From positions 85,312,001-85,376,000 of the forward strand of contig NC_043000.1 in NCBI RefSeq assembly GCF_006345805.1: 64,000 nt of DNA. The letters run 5' to 3'. How positions within the stretch are numbered: the stretch's first letter is position 1; every line of letters starts with the position of its first letter. Positions 26,467 to 38,030 of this stretch are shown one piece after another. This DNA comes from Octopus sinensis. Lineage: Eukaryota. Under the pieces are notes generated by a model. The model had not been told where the DNA came from. It did no database searches and saw only the letters and a program-made list of their open reading frames with translations. The translations under genes were made by a program, and so were the position numbers.

Positions 26467-27372
26467 ATGAGAATGTGTGTCTTTCTGTCTGTGTGAATCC
26501 CTAAAACTTGAGAACTACACAACTAATTTCATTCAAATTTTACACATGCCTTACTTAGTGTCCATGTAGTGTCGTGGGCAAAAGAAATTTTTAACTTCTT
26601 GCCTGGGGCGAGCCCACAGCAATATCATATCTTCTCCACTATTTCAGTATTACGTGTCAAAAGTGAAACAAAAACATCTCTCTATTGTAATGGCAGATGC
26701 TTTTACTTTAATAATTTCACTTTAATACTGAAACTATTATCTCACATATATATACAGGCATACATACATACATACATATATACATACATACATACATATA
26801 TATAATATATATTATGTATGTGTGTATATATATGTATAGATGTATTTCTATAGATATAGATGTATATGTATACATCTATATGTGTAGATGCATATATATA
26901 TATATATATATATACATGTAATATGTACACATATATATACACAAATATACATGCATACATATATACACCCATACACACATATTTACATAGGTGGAGGTGT
27001 GGCTGTGTAGTAACAAACTTGGTTCCGAAACTTGGTCCTGAGTTCAGTCCCACTGTGTGGTGACTTGGTATGTGTCTTCTATAGCCTCAGACCAACCAAA
27101 GCCTTGTCAGAGGATTTTGTAGACAGAAACAGAAAGAAATCAATCGTATATGTATATAAGTCTGTGTGTGTATCTTTGTCTCTGTGTTTCTCCCTCATCA
27201 CTGCTTCACACTGCTGTTTGCTTATTTACATACCCGTAACTTACTGGTTTCATAAGAAGAAACTAATAGAATAAGTACCAGGCTTATCAAAATAAAAAAA
27301 GCACTAGGCAGTGTCTCATATTTTGGTTTGCCCACTCAGTTGTATCTATCAATTTATCTTTGTGTGTGTGTG

Positions 27373-27431
<59 letters not shown>

Positions 27432-27674
27432 CATACATATGGATTTCATAAACAGAAACTGAAAGAAATCAAGTGTATGTGTGTGTCTTTGTCTCTGTGT
27501 TTCGCCCTCATCACTGCTTCACACTGCAGTTCATTTATTTACATCCCCATAACTTACTGGTTTGACAAGAAGAAACTGATAGAATAAGTACCAGGCTTAT
27601 CAACATAAAAAAAGCACTAGGCAATGTCTCATATTTTTGTTTGCCCACTCAGCTGTATCTAGCAATTTATCTTT

Positions 27675-27720
<46 letters not shown>

Positions 27721-28866
27721 ATACATACACATATATGTACATGTATGTATATTCATATCTATACATGTATGCATATTCATATCTATTATATATTCACATC
27801 TATTATATCAAAGTCAATGTCTTTATGTGTGTTCGTGTGTTACTTTTACATTCAAAAACTGCTGCACCGATCCAAATGAAATTTGGAACACAAATCCAAG
27901 CGTAGGGAGAAGGGTAATGCTGTGTGTTTCATACAATTTCATGGACCAAAATTACCGAATGGATCCTTATGATATTTGGAACTTAGATTCAATGCATAAG
28001 GGTGGGTATAATGCAATATGTTTGGTTTGAATTTCAGATGGCTTAAAGCAGGCAGAACCCCCATGAAAATTCATAAATTTTTGATGTTGATAAAATTTCA
28101 ACCATGGGTAATCGACACACATCAAGAAGTATTCTCAAAGTTTCCACTTCTCATGAGGATTCTAAGACACCCTAATGGGGGACTTAACTCACAAATTTTA
28201 GTCATTTCTTTTATGATCCAAAACTAGGTTAAAAGTACTGAATGGATCTTTACGAAATTTGGAAATTATATTCAATGCATAAGGGCCGCAACCCCCATGA
28301 CAATTCATATATTTTTGCTGTTGATGAAATTTTAACCATACATATTAGACACAAATGAAGTAATATTTATAAAATTTCATCTTCTTACAAGTTAGAAAGA
28401 CCTCTTCATGGGGACTTAGCACCCACAATTTACTCATTTTATCTAAGCAAAGATGAATACAATATATATATATTATACATATATACATATAGTAATATTA
28501 CAATATTACAAGGCAGCAACCTGGCAGAAATATTAGCATGCTGGGCGAAATGCTTAGCAGTATTTCGTCTGTCTTTCCATTCTGAGTTCAAATTTCTCCA
28601 AGGTTGACTTTGCCTTTCATCCTTTTGGGGGCCAATAAATTAAGTCGCATACTGGGGTCAATCTAATCAACTGGTCCCCTCTCCAAAAATTTTGGGCCTT
28701 GTGCCTTAGAGTAGAAAAGAATATTACAATATTACAATAACCAATAATATGTTGTGTATGTATGATCATGTAATTAACATTAGCTTATCTCACACTTTCT
28801 CATGGAACCTCTAGAAACCTTTTGCAGAACCTTAAGGTTCAGGAGAACCCCACTTGAGAAATGCTG
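26255..28866. mobile_element. Non-autonomous hAT (Charlie-like) element expanded by nested insertions
   Basis: Perfect 8-bp TSD ATCTAACC at 26247-26254 and 28867-28874. TIRs CAGTGTTTCTCAA and, as reverse complement, CAGCATTTCTCAA. Confidence 0.9.
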
Positions 28867-29036
28867 ATCTAACCCATGCTAGTAAAATCAAACAAACTTA
28901 TTTTTACATCTATAAAGTTATACAATAAATCTAACAATATGTGAGTGTATGTAACAAGATCCAATCTGGCAAAACACAAATCATATAGAAACAGCTCCCC
29001 AAATTCACTCTAGAATTACTGAAATATGAGAGAGAG

Positions 29037-29076
<40 letters not shown>

Positions 29077-29146
29077 CGCACACATGTGCATAATTTATAA
29101 ATTTAAAAAATCCAGTAAAAATATTTTAAATCAAAGGCAAGAGACT

Positions 29147-29731
29147 TTATTTTTCAGTTTGCTGCTTAATAGATTTTGGCAACTCCAAGTCCAGTGGTTT
29201 GTCAAAACCCATCAAGTGAATATAAGATTGTTTATCAAGAAAGAATTTTGGATCCAGAAAAAGGGGTTTTCCTTTAATTATCACACTTGTGAAAGGACCA
29301 GTAAGAGTTGGAGCATTCACATCTTCAGCTTTAAAAGTCAGTTGCTTACGCATGCTAAAAAGGTTGAAAGTAGCAGCAGTAAAGACATTGGAAGTGTCCT
29401 CAAAGTAAACATCAGTCACATACTTCTTACTTACCATATGTATTAACAATGGTGTCACAACTATAAAAAATGCAAAGAAAACACTTACAGCAGCCTTCAA
29501 TGGCAATGATGTGTCTACAGAGTTATACAAAATGACTGGTTGCATACCCAGACCTAAAAGACTGGTGGATATAGAAAACAACTTAACTGCTTTTATTGTC
29601 TTGGTCAAAGGTCCACTATAAATAAGTTTGCCTTTTGTAGGATCATACAATGGTTGATTAGTAAATTCATCTTTTGGTATAGATAGTTTCTCAGCCTGGT
29701 AGGGTTTAAGACTTGAATGAAATTTGGAAAC
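29147..29731 (-). CDS. TMEM70: Transmembrane protein 70 (mitochondrial ATP synthase assembly factor), exon 2
   Basis: GKLIYSG...VKLFSISTSLLGL...VVTPLLIHMVSKKYVTDVY...PFTS...PLFLDPKFF...YIHLMGFDK follows the TMEM70 family pattern. Acceptor ttttcag|GTT, phase 0; TAA at 29149-29147. Confidence 0.93.
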   Translation of the reverse strand, partial: VSKFHSSLKPYQAEKLSIPKDEFTNQPLYDPTKGKLIYSGPLTKTIKAVKLFSISTSLLGLGMQPVILYNSVDTSLPLKAAVSVFFAFFIVVTPLLIHMVSKKYVTDVYFEDTSNVFTAATFNLFSMRKQLTFKAEDVNAPTLTGPFTSVIIKGKPLFLDPKFFLDKQSYIHLMGFDKPLDLELPKSIKQQTEK

Positions 29732-30407
29732 CTGAAAATTAGGCTGAAAATAGTAAACAAAATATGTCAGGCTATTTCTAGTCAATTTTGAAATATCAAT
29801 TAACAATGGTTTATAGATTCTTTTACTAAATAAATGGATCTCTGATGGGGTTTCAGTAGTTCAATCAACTGAATTAACATGAGCAGAGCATTCCATGGAT
29901 ATGTGTATCCTTAATATACTCAGTGTAATAGTGTGATGCAGCTGTACTAGTGTGATAGTATAATAGTGTGAAACAGCTGTACTTTGCAAATTACAGGTAC
30001 AATTCACTCAACACTCATTTTCTATCAACCCAATTTTCACTCATAAAGTGTGGGTCAACATGAGGCAATGGTAAGAGACACTTGCCCAAGATACCATGCA
30101 ATAGGATCAAATCTGCGACCTTGTAATTGCAAAGTAAACTCTAATTATTCATTCATGCTGCATCTCCATACAATCTTCTATACATAGTCTTTAACATGTC
30201 TTTATTTCATAAAAGTTTGAGTTTATTAGAATTCAAACTTCAACTTTCACAAGGTGTTACACATAAAGACATAAAACACAAGTCAGTCTTAAAACATCAA
30301 GAAATATTTTGATGTTATTTCAAATTAACCCATTAAAGGCCATAATTGAACAATGAATTATTTATAAATCTTTACAATTTCTTAGCTCCTAAGGGCTCTT
30401 TGATATA

Positions 30408-30850
30408 TCAGGCCGAGTAAAAAGCAAGCAACGTTTTGAAACATGAAATTCATCACAATATATTTCAACAGTGTGGGAATTTTATTCATCGAAGTAAGTA
30501 CCATTACAATCAACACATTTTTGCCAACGAGTTACAAGTTTGTTTATTCTAATAACATAAAAATCTGGAGTTCTGGAACTGATGAACTCTTTGAACGCAC
30601 TTTCAGCATCGGTTTGATTTTTGAACTATATCAATATATATCCATTTTACCCGAAGTTATGACGGAAAAATCGGTTCTTGTTAATTTTTCGAAAGTCCTC
30701 TCCCCATCCCCAGGGTCGTCAGCGCGCATTTTTTTCATATTCGTTTTCCATACACTTGCTAACACCCACCAAGCTAGTTATTTATTTTTTTGTTCCCGAG
30801 TGAAGGTCTTTATATTAATCCCCAAAACAATGTTTCAAGTGTATTAGCAT
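30408..30850 (-). mobile_element. Mariner (Hsmar1/cecropia-like) remnant inside the TMEM70 intron
   Basis: Minus strand reads FKNQTDAESAFKEFISSRTPDFYVIRINKLVTRWQKCVDCNGTYFDE*, followed by a TIR-like end at a TA (30406-30407). The other TIR was not found. Confidence 0.8.
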
Positions 30851-30951
30851 TCACATAGCAGAATTGAAAAGTGATTTGGTTTCACTACAAAGTGGATTGT
30901 ACACTATGATTGAGAAACAAACTAAAAATATATATATACATATATACTTAC

Positions 30952-31032
30952 AAATATGTTACAGCCACTAGTTGTTAGAATTCTATTCAAAAAGGCTGGC
31001 GCCGTATTCAAGCGAAGCCTGACCATCAACAT
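30952..31032 (-). CDS. TMEM70: TMEM70 exon 1 (mitochondrial targeting peptide)
   Basis: ATG at 31032 reads MLMVRLRLNTAPAFLNRILTTSGCNIF, then donor |GTAAGT at 30951. Phase 0 joins exon 2 in frame (221 aa total). Arg-rich and free of acidic residues, as expected for a presequence. Confidence 0.82.
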
Positions 31033-32872
31033 TTTGTCCTCTACACTAAGTCGAACAACCGGTGAAAGTTTCATGAAAAAACATTATACCGGGATTAAGT
31101 AATCTAGCCTCAAATATTCACATAAAACTAATTAGAAACGAGAAATACATTTGTTGAAATGTATAAAAAAAACATAACGTAATCCTTAGAAACAGTATAA
31201 TGTTTTTCTGAGTATATCAAATTTTTCCTTTTAAATGTGGTGTATACTAGTGTATTATAAGTTACGTAAGGAACTGAGAACTGTTTCAAAGGTTATCCAA
31301 AACAACTAAGAACATACGTTTTGATTTCTTGAGTGTGATGTGCTACATTAGTTACCACAAGTTTAGTGGAGTGTAAAATCATCGTATGTGATAGAGATAC
31401 ATTGAAGAGCGAAATTATTCATTTCCAAAAATGTATTTTGCTTAATAATATTCATTGACCTACCATATACGACGACGTCGGCTGGGTTAACAGTTACTCG
31501 TCTGCATAACTTTGACGTTTGTTATGGAGCATGGATAATGGATAGTTAACCGAAAACATATCTATATTCGTTTAGTGCTGCGTTCACTTACAACTACGAA
31601 TTAAATTTTAAAAGAATAGAATAAAAATTTTTAAATCTCAACCTCTCAGTTACTCTCTTTCGGTATTAATATTTCTAAGACAGGAAATATTTATTTCAGA
31701 ATGGAAAAAATATAAATAAAAGGAAATCAGATGAGACAGGCACACTGCCTCAATTACTTATGATGCCAGAAAAACTGATGTTCCTCTCCCTAAATTTTTG
31801 AGACAAGTGAAAATACTGACGACATTAAAGCAGGAGTTTGTGAGGATGATGCGCTGGAACAGATATGGTCAGCGAGGCAAAAGCACTTCATGGTCAACTG
31901 CTCAGAAACGCCCAATATCTCAAAAGACTGCCTGGAAAACGTGGTTAAATTTTTAAAATTACATTTTGGGCAATGGAATATTTAAAAAAAAACAATGTCA
32001 CATTTTCACGGCTGTTACTGCTTACTTTCGGTTTGTGACCACAAACGGAAAGTGGAAAATCTACCCGGCTATGTCCAGGCGGACGTGTCGAATAAGAACA
32101 CCCCTCCCACTAACCTTTTTTTCTACAAAATTTTTTTTACGGATCTTTATTTTCAACCATGGAGATAAAGGTTGCGAATTTTTAATCCTCGCTCACATTT
32201 AAAGAGACAAAAATTGGTTAATGTTTACAATATTACCCGGAAACGAAGTTTTAAAAAATAGTGCAACGGTGTAAAAAAGAAATGTGTAGGAAACGAATAT
32301 GAAAACAAAAATGCGTGGAAAGCGATGGGGGAGGGGAAGAGGACTTCGGAAAATTCAGAAGATCCGAGTTTTTCCTCCGAACTTTTAGGAAAATGTGGGG
32401 TTTTTTAATGAAATTTTATATAACTACCTTTCAAACAGCAAAGATTACGATTATAAAGAAATTTGTGAGTAAAATCTTTTCCAAATGGGTGGGGAGAGAA
32501 CTTCGAAAAATTCGCAAGATCCGATTTTTTCCTTCGTAACTTTAAGGAAAATGGATATCTTTTAATGAAATTGTATATTAACACCTTTCAAACGACATGC
32601 ATTAGAGATGCCTAATGTGCCATAAACCCCTTATTTTGTTCAGGAAAAAAGATGGGGGAACCCCCAAAAATGCGTTTTTTAAGGTGAAGTGGAAACTGCA
32701 TTGGCCCCTTTTCTAAACCCATATTTTAAGATAACATTTTTAAGAAATACGTTTTCTAGAATGTGGATTACATTAGATTGAAAATTCAAAGAAGTTTGAA
32801 AAGAATAATAAGTGAAAATACTGAAGTTATAAAAATTAGTGGTAACAAAGTCTAGACAGGTGAGAAAAAGAA

Positions 32873-33285
32873 GAATCTTTTCGGTTTGACCGGCAGTTTT
32901 TTCTAGCGGTGTCATATGAAATTGTCACCTATAATTATGACCCTAGTATCGATCTATTGCATTTCAATCTGTTTTAGGGTTAGGGGTGGGGGGAAGGGTC
33001 TCTTTTTTTTTTTTCAGAAATGTAAATAAACCTAATCTGTTTCTTAAACGAGGGACATATACATACGACACAGAATGTTTTCACCTCAATAGACGTCATT
33101 GATTGGTTGAAATTGCAGAAATTGAAGAAAGAAAACAACAAATATCTTACAAACTATAGAATTTTCTCAATAAAGCCAAGAGAAAAAGATGTTTTATAAA
33201 CACATTCTACCAGTATACAAAGTTTAAAAGTGTTTAGTTACGTGGAAATTATTTTTAAAAACTGCCGGTCAAACCGAAAAGATCC
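32873..33285. mobile_element. 413-bp MITE with long TIRs and 8-bp TSD
   Basis: TIR G(A/G)ATCTTTTCGGTTTGACCGGCAGTTTT, with a 26-bp perfect inner match at 32875-32900 / 33258-33283. AAAAAGAA is duplicated at 32865-32872 and 33286-33293; this TSD is low in complexity. Confidence 0.85.
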
Positions 33286-33599
33286 AAAAAGAATGATACA
33301 AAATCCTTACACATTAGTGTTTGTGTCTTTGAGAAACAAGTAAGAGTATAATATTAAAACAAATTATCTTTTACATACCTCTTAAAAATCACTGGACATA
33401 TAAATCCCAGATTGCAGATTGTGACATATTAGGTCGCTGTGATTCATTCATCAAAACAAAAAGAAAAGCATTTTCCAATAATTCTGGTTTCTGCACACCC
33501 CCTTTTTCCGAATGCAAATAAGGGGTTTGCAGTACAGTCATTCTTTATGTTGTTTGTCTTTCGTTGTTCGAAAAAATAGTTCATATTCCATGTACTCAC

Positions 33600-34070
33600 A
33601 CTTCATATTTTGTGAATCTTGTGGTACCAGTGCCGGTGGCACATAAGAAAACCATCCGAACGTGGCCGTAGCCAGTACCGCATCGACTGGCCTCCGTGCT
33701 GTGGGCACGTAACAAACACCATCCGATCGTGGCCGATCGCCAGCCTCGTCTGGCACCTGTGTCGGTGGCATGTAACAAACACCATCCGATCGTGGCCGAT
33801 CGCCAGCCTCGTCTGGTACCTGTGTCGGTGGCACATAAAAAACACCATCCGAGCGTCGCCGTTCGCCAGCCTCGTCTGGCACCTGTGTCAGTGGCACATA
33901 AAATCACCCACTATACTCTCGGAGTGGTTGGCGTTAGGAAGGGCATCCAGCTGTAGAAACACTGCCAGATCTGACTGGCCTGGTGCAGCCTTCGGGCTCC
34001 CCAGACCCCAGTTGAACCGTCCAACCCATGCTAGCATGGAAAGTGGACATTAAACGATGATGATGATGAT
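33600..34070 (+). mobile_element. Truncated RTE 3' end with a 63-bp minisatellite; other copies at ~25365-25850, 36175-36360, 55945-56200 and 57180-57400 (all -)
   Basis: Same sequence as 9060-9452, ending in (GAT)n. The accatccga motif occurs at 33651, 33718, 33781 and 33844. Confidence 0.85.
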
Positions 34071-34105
34071 ATAGATGTAAGTATGTACATATATGTATGT
34101 ATATA

Positions 34106-34158
<53 letters not shown>

Positions 34159-35459
34159 TATTATATGATTGAACACCACACATCCTCTTCCAGGTAAGTT
34201 TTATCTTAATAATTATGATGCGCACTCTATACGATCTTTTTACTCTTTCTCTCTTATTTTTTTACCTTCTATTCTCCCACTAGTCTATCCTATTATTCTG
34301 TCACTCTCTCTCCCTCACTCCTCCTCCTTTGCTCATGTGGCTCCCACGTGACCATCAGCCATCTTTCTTTCTCTCCATTGTAGCTGGAACAAGGAAGACG
34401 TGTTCTTGTCTGTCTCCTGTCCAAGCTTGATTTACGCGTTCGCCACCACAACCTTGTTTAGGCTTAGCAGCCCTTCCTGTTTGTTTTCACTGTCCTGTTT
34501 GTGTTACCAATTTTGACCCTCCACAAAATCCCAAATTTTATTTAATTTGCTTTATCGAAAGCATATATTGTTGTTAAATGCTCAAAATACAAGTGTAGAA
34601 AAACAGCCCACAACTGATGAAGGGTCGTTGTCTTTTGTTATACGAAAAAATAGTTCATATTCCATGTACCAATGAAATGTATATATATTTTGTTAAAGAT
34701 ATCCAATATCCTTAAAGTGATGAGGACAGATATCAGATCTTGTGAATTTTCCGTAATCCTCTCCCCACCACCCCTACCCCCGTTGCTTTCCGAGCATTTT
34801 TGTTTTCATATTCGTTTTCCGTACATTTTTTTAAACTCGTTGCACTATTTTTTTTTTTTTCGTTTCCAGGTAAACATTAACCCACAGATTTTTTTTTAAT
34901 TTATCTTTTTTCCAAACTATCAATGTCATTTGCCTGTGACGATTTTTCCACTTTCAGTTTGTGACCATAACCCAAAAGAATTCTACTGAGAGTGGCATTC
35001 ATTAAAAATATTTTTTTTTAATCATATTCAGTAAGTTGCCAAGTATGAATTGTTTGAACTAATTCTACCTCCCAGAACTCATGAATAGAAGATATAAACA
35101 AAGTCTGCTATACTTACCGTACTTGTGTAACAATAAATTAAATATAATTCTCTTTTATTCTCTGCTTAGCACCAGAAGAATAAATCTCTACCAGCATAAA
35201 GGATCTATGTTGAAAAATGGTTCTCTCAATCTTTCATCAAATGGCATTTTACAAATAACTCCTCCTCTTGTTTTGCAAAGAAAAATACATCATTATTGTT
35301 TAAATTCTTTGTGTGTCCTGTGTATCACATGTGACGCATACAATCTATTCCACTGGTATCCATGCATCATACTTAATAAACATTACCAATTTTTTTTCAA
35401 CCACCAGAATAACTTGGGATTTATGAAAGGAAAGCTTTATATAACTCAGAATATATGAA

Positions 35460-37370
35460 ACAAGGGCTAACTAAAAGTCCAAAAACAAGCAAGGATGTTT
35501 AGCACAAATTTATGAAGATGCTTTGTTCAGGCAAAGGGTTAGTGCTTGCAAGTGTTGGATGTGGTTTATCGAGGCAGATTTTCTACTGCCAGTTGCTCTT
35601 CCTGTAGTGAACCCCCTCACCTGTTTCCAAGGAAGGTAATACTTCCCCATGATGTCATCAAAGAATGCTTCTCTAAAGATATTATAAATCATATTTGCAA
35701 AGAAACTGTTAGATATGCCGCACAAAAGGGAGATTTGCAGTTTACTTTGTCTGTTAAGGATCTTTACAAGTATTTTGGAATTCTTCTTTTGTCAAGCTAC
35801 AATAAACTACCCTGTAGAAGAATGTACTGAGAGACTAGATCCAGTTCAAACAATCATTTATTAGGTTTGCAGGTATGAATTTTGAAGTAAGGTATATGGT
35901 AAACTTTGACAGCTACTCATTTTGGACCACTATTATATTTTGACAATCTTTATTTTTTGTTAGAAAGCTGACACATTTATTTCTTTATTCTAACTCATTT
36001 TGCACTTTATAAAGTATTTATAAATCCGTTTTTTTTTGTTGCTTTTTTTGTTGCTATTTTTGTTTAGAGATGGGTAAGTCGGAAATTCTTGGAAATACAG
36101 CATCACAGACAGTTCGAAATATTAATGGCGTATTTCATTCTTACGTTATTACACAGCAGACAGTATCGAATTTATCATTATCATTTAACGTCCATGCTGG
36201 CATGGGTTGGACGGTTTGACTGGGGACTGGCAAGCTGGGAGGCCACACCAGGCTCCAATCTGATCTGGCAATGTTTCTACAGCTCGATGCCCTTCCTAAC
36301 TCCAATCACTCTGAGAGTGTAGTGGGTGCTTTTTATGTGCCACTGGCACAGGGAGCCGGGTGTGTGTATGGTGATATGGATGCATATGTCTGTGTGCATG
36401 TTTGTTGGTATATGTGTATACTAATTTTACCTGTTTGCATGATATTCAAATATACATTAATTTACTTTGCATTCATCTGTATGTGCGCACCGTCTCTGCA
36501 TATGTATCTTTCTCTCTCTCTCTCTCTCCATGTATATATGTATGTGTATACATGTGTGTGTGTGCGTGTGCGTGTGAGTGTGTGTATTCTAACCAGTTCT
36601 ATCTACTTATCACATGAAGCAACACATCTGTACTGTCAGATGCTCCTGAACCAGGTAAGTATCCCACCCATGAGAGATCAATACTAGATGTGTTGAAACA
36701 ATGGTCTCTTTTGTGTTGGGACTATTTGAAATGATGGAACAAAAATGGCACCACTACAGGATATAAGCAAAGCTGCATGAGGCAATTGAGGTGCAGTTGA
36801 GGATAAGGAGAATGGAATTACCCTGCTAAGATGGCATGATAATAACTAAGTAAATCTTGTAACCAATTTGAAATATGAGAAGGTTTTTGATGTTGGTAGC
36901 TGTAAATGATGAAAAAAATCTTGAGAGAAATAGAATATTTGTACCTCAATAAAAAATTGTGAAGCTATATAACAAACAAACGAGAGGTGTCAACCTATTT
37001 GACAAACTGAGAGGTCATTATCAAATTAGAATACAATCAAGAAAATGGTATTGGCCTTTGTTTAGATTTTGCCTCAATGGAAGCATTGTAAATTTATGGA
37101 TTCTTTTCTGCTCTATTCAGAGGAATATTTCTCTAATGAAATTTATAAGGCAAATAGTTACTGCATTGCTTGCTGCTCCAGATTTAGAAAAGAAGAGAGT
37201 GGTACATCCTAAAACAAAGAAGCAAGTTCCACATGTGGCACGATTCAAAATAGAGACCACCTTGTCAACAAAATTGAAACTCAAAGGTAATGCACAGTTT
37301 GTGGAAAATGCACCAAATTTGTTTGCATCAAATTGCAATGTAGGCCTACATCCTGACACATGCTTTTTTC
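35460..37370 (+). mobile_element. Degraded piggyBac transposase (PGBD-like), interrupted by an RTE tail and microsatellites
   Basis: N-part FSKDIINHICKETVRYAAQKG...DLYKYFGILLLSSYNKLPCRRMY*. Middle part LLRWHDNN*V. C-part LYNKQTRGVNLFDKLRGHYQIRIQSRKWYWPLF...CNVGLH. Confidence 0.85.
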
Positions 37371-37371
37371 A

Positions 37372-38030
37372 TAGATGTTCTCCAAAGTCAAGCTGTTCGG
37401 GACCCTTGCCACAGCTTCCTTCATCTTTTCCTTCAGTTTGAGGAACAACCAAAAGTCACAGGGAGCAATGTCTGGGCATTGGGGAGAGTGGGGGATAGTT
37501 TTGGTGTCCATTTCTGTCAAGTAGTTGGTTACCAGGGTGAAATTGTGGACTGGTACATTGGCCTAGTGCTCTGGCCTTTTGTGATGAAATCTCTTCCTGA
37601 ACTCCTTCAAAACCTCCACAAAGTATTTTTTGTTGACTGTATGGCCAGATGGAACTCAGTGGATGTAGATGATGCCCTTTCTGTTGTAAAATTGGATTGT
37701 TATGAGCTTCTCACTAGACTTGTTTGCCTTGCCTCTTGTGCCAGTGAAAAACAGATGCTTGGCTCATACAAATTGATCGTAAGCAGTTTGGAACATTTCT
37801 TAACTTTCTGCAGTGTTTTTTCTCAGTTTAACACAAAACTTTATTGCATAGCAAGCTTCCAAATTATCTTCACATCTCGACTGCATTCTACAGATTAGTC
37901 ATCTGTGACAAGCAGTGTTTAGTGTAGTGTGTTCAAAGTGCTGTTACAGTCATCTCTTCAATCTGGAATAGTAAAAGTTGGCAGGTCAGTTTATGAGAAG
38001 TATAGTGCATTCTGGAATGTACCTTACATC
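37372..38030 (-). mobile_element. Internally deleted mariner transposase remnant abutting the piggyBac C-terminus
   Basis: MQSRCEDNLEACYAIKFCVKLRKNTAES*EMFQTAY (HTH) and PHSPQCPDIAPCDFWLFLKLK (degraded YSPDLAP.DF motif). Confidence 0.85.

Noticed and set aside
29732-29806. ORF-track N-terminus MLIDISK... of TMEM70
   Set aside because: Contains a pyrimidine tract and two acceptors; a phase-compatible ATG exon with presequence character exists at 31032-30952.
30443-30847. 134-aa plus-strand ORF in the TMEM70 intron
   Set aside because: Antisense read-through of the mariner C-terminus and the foldback module.
33620-33900. CRISPR-like periodicity and repeat-rich ORFs (33538-34053)
   Set aside because: The units are contiguous 63-bp tandem repeats with no unique spacers, no cas genes are present, and they are part of a LINE 3' UTR.
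34613-34650. CTGATGAA...CGAAA hammerhead candidate
   Set aside because: No stem II, stem III or cleavage triplet with matching stem I can be formed.
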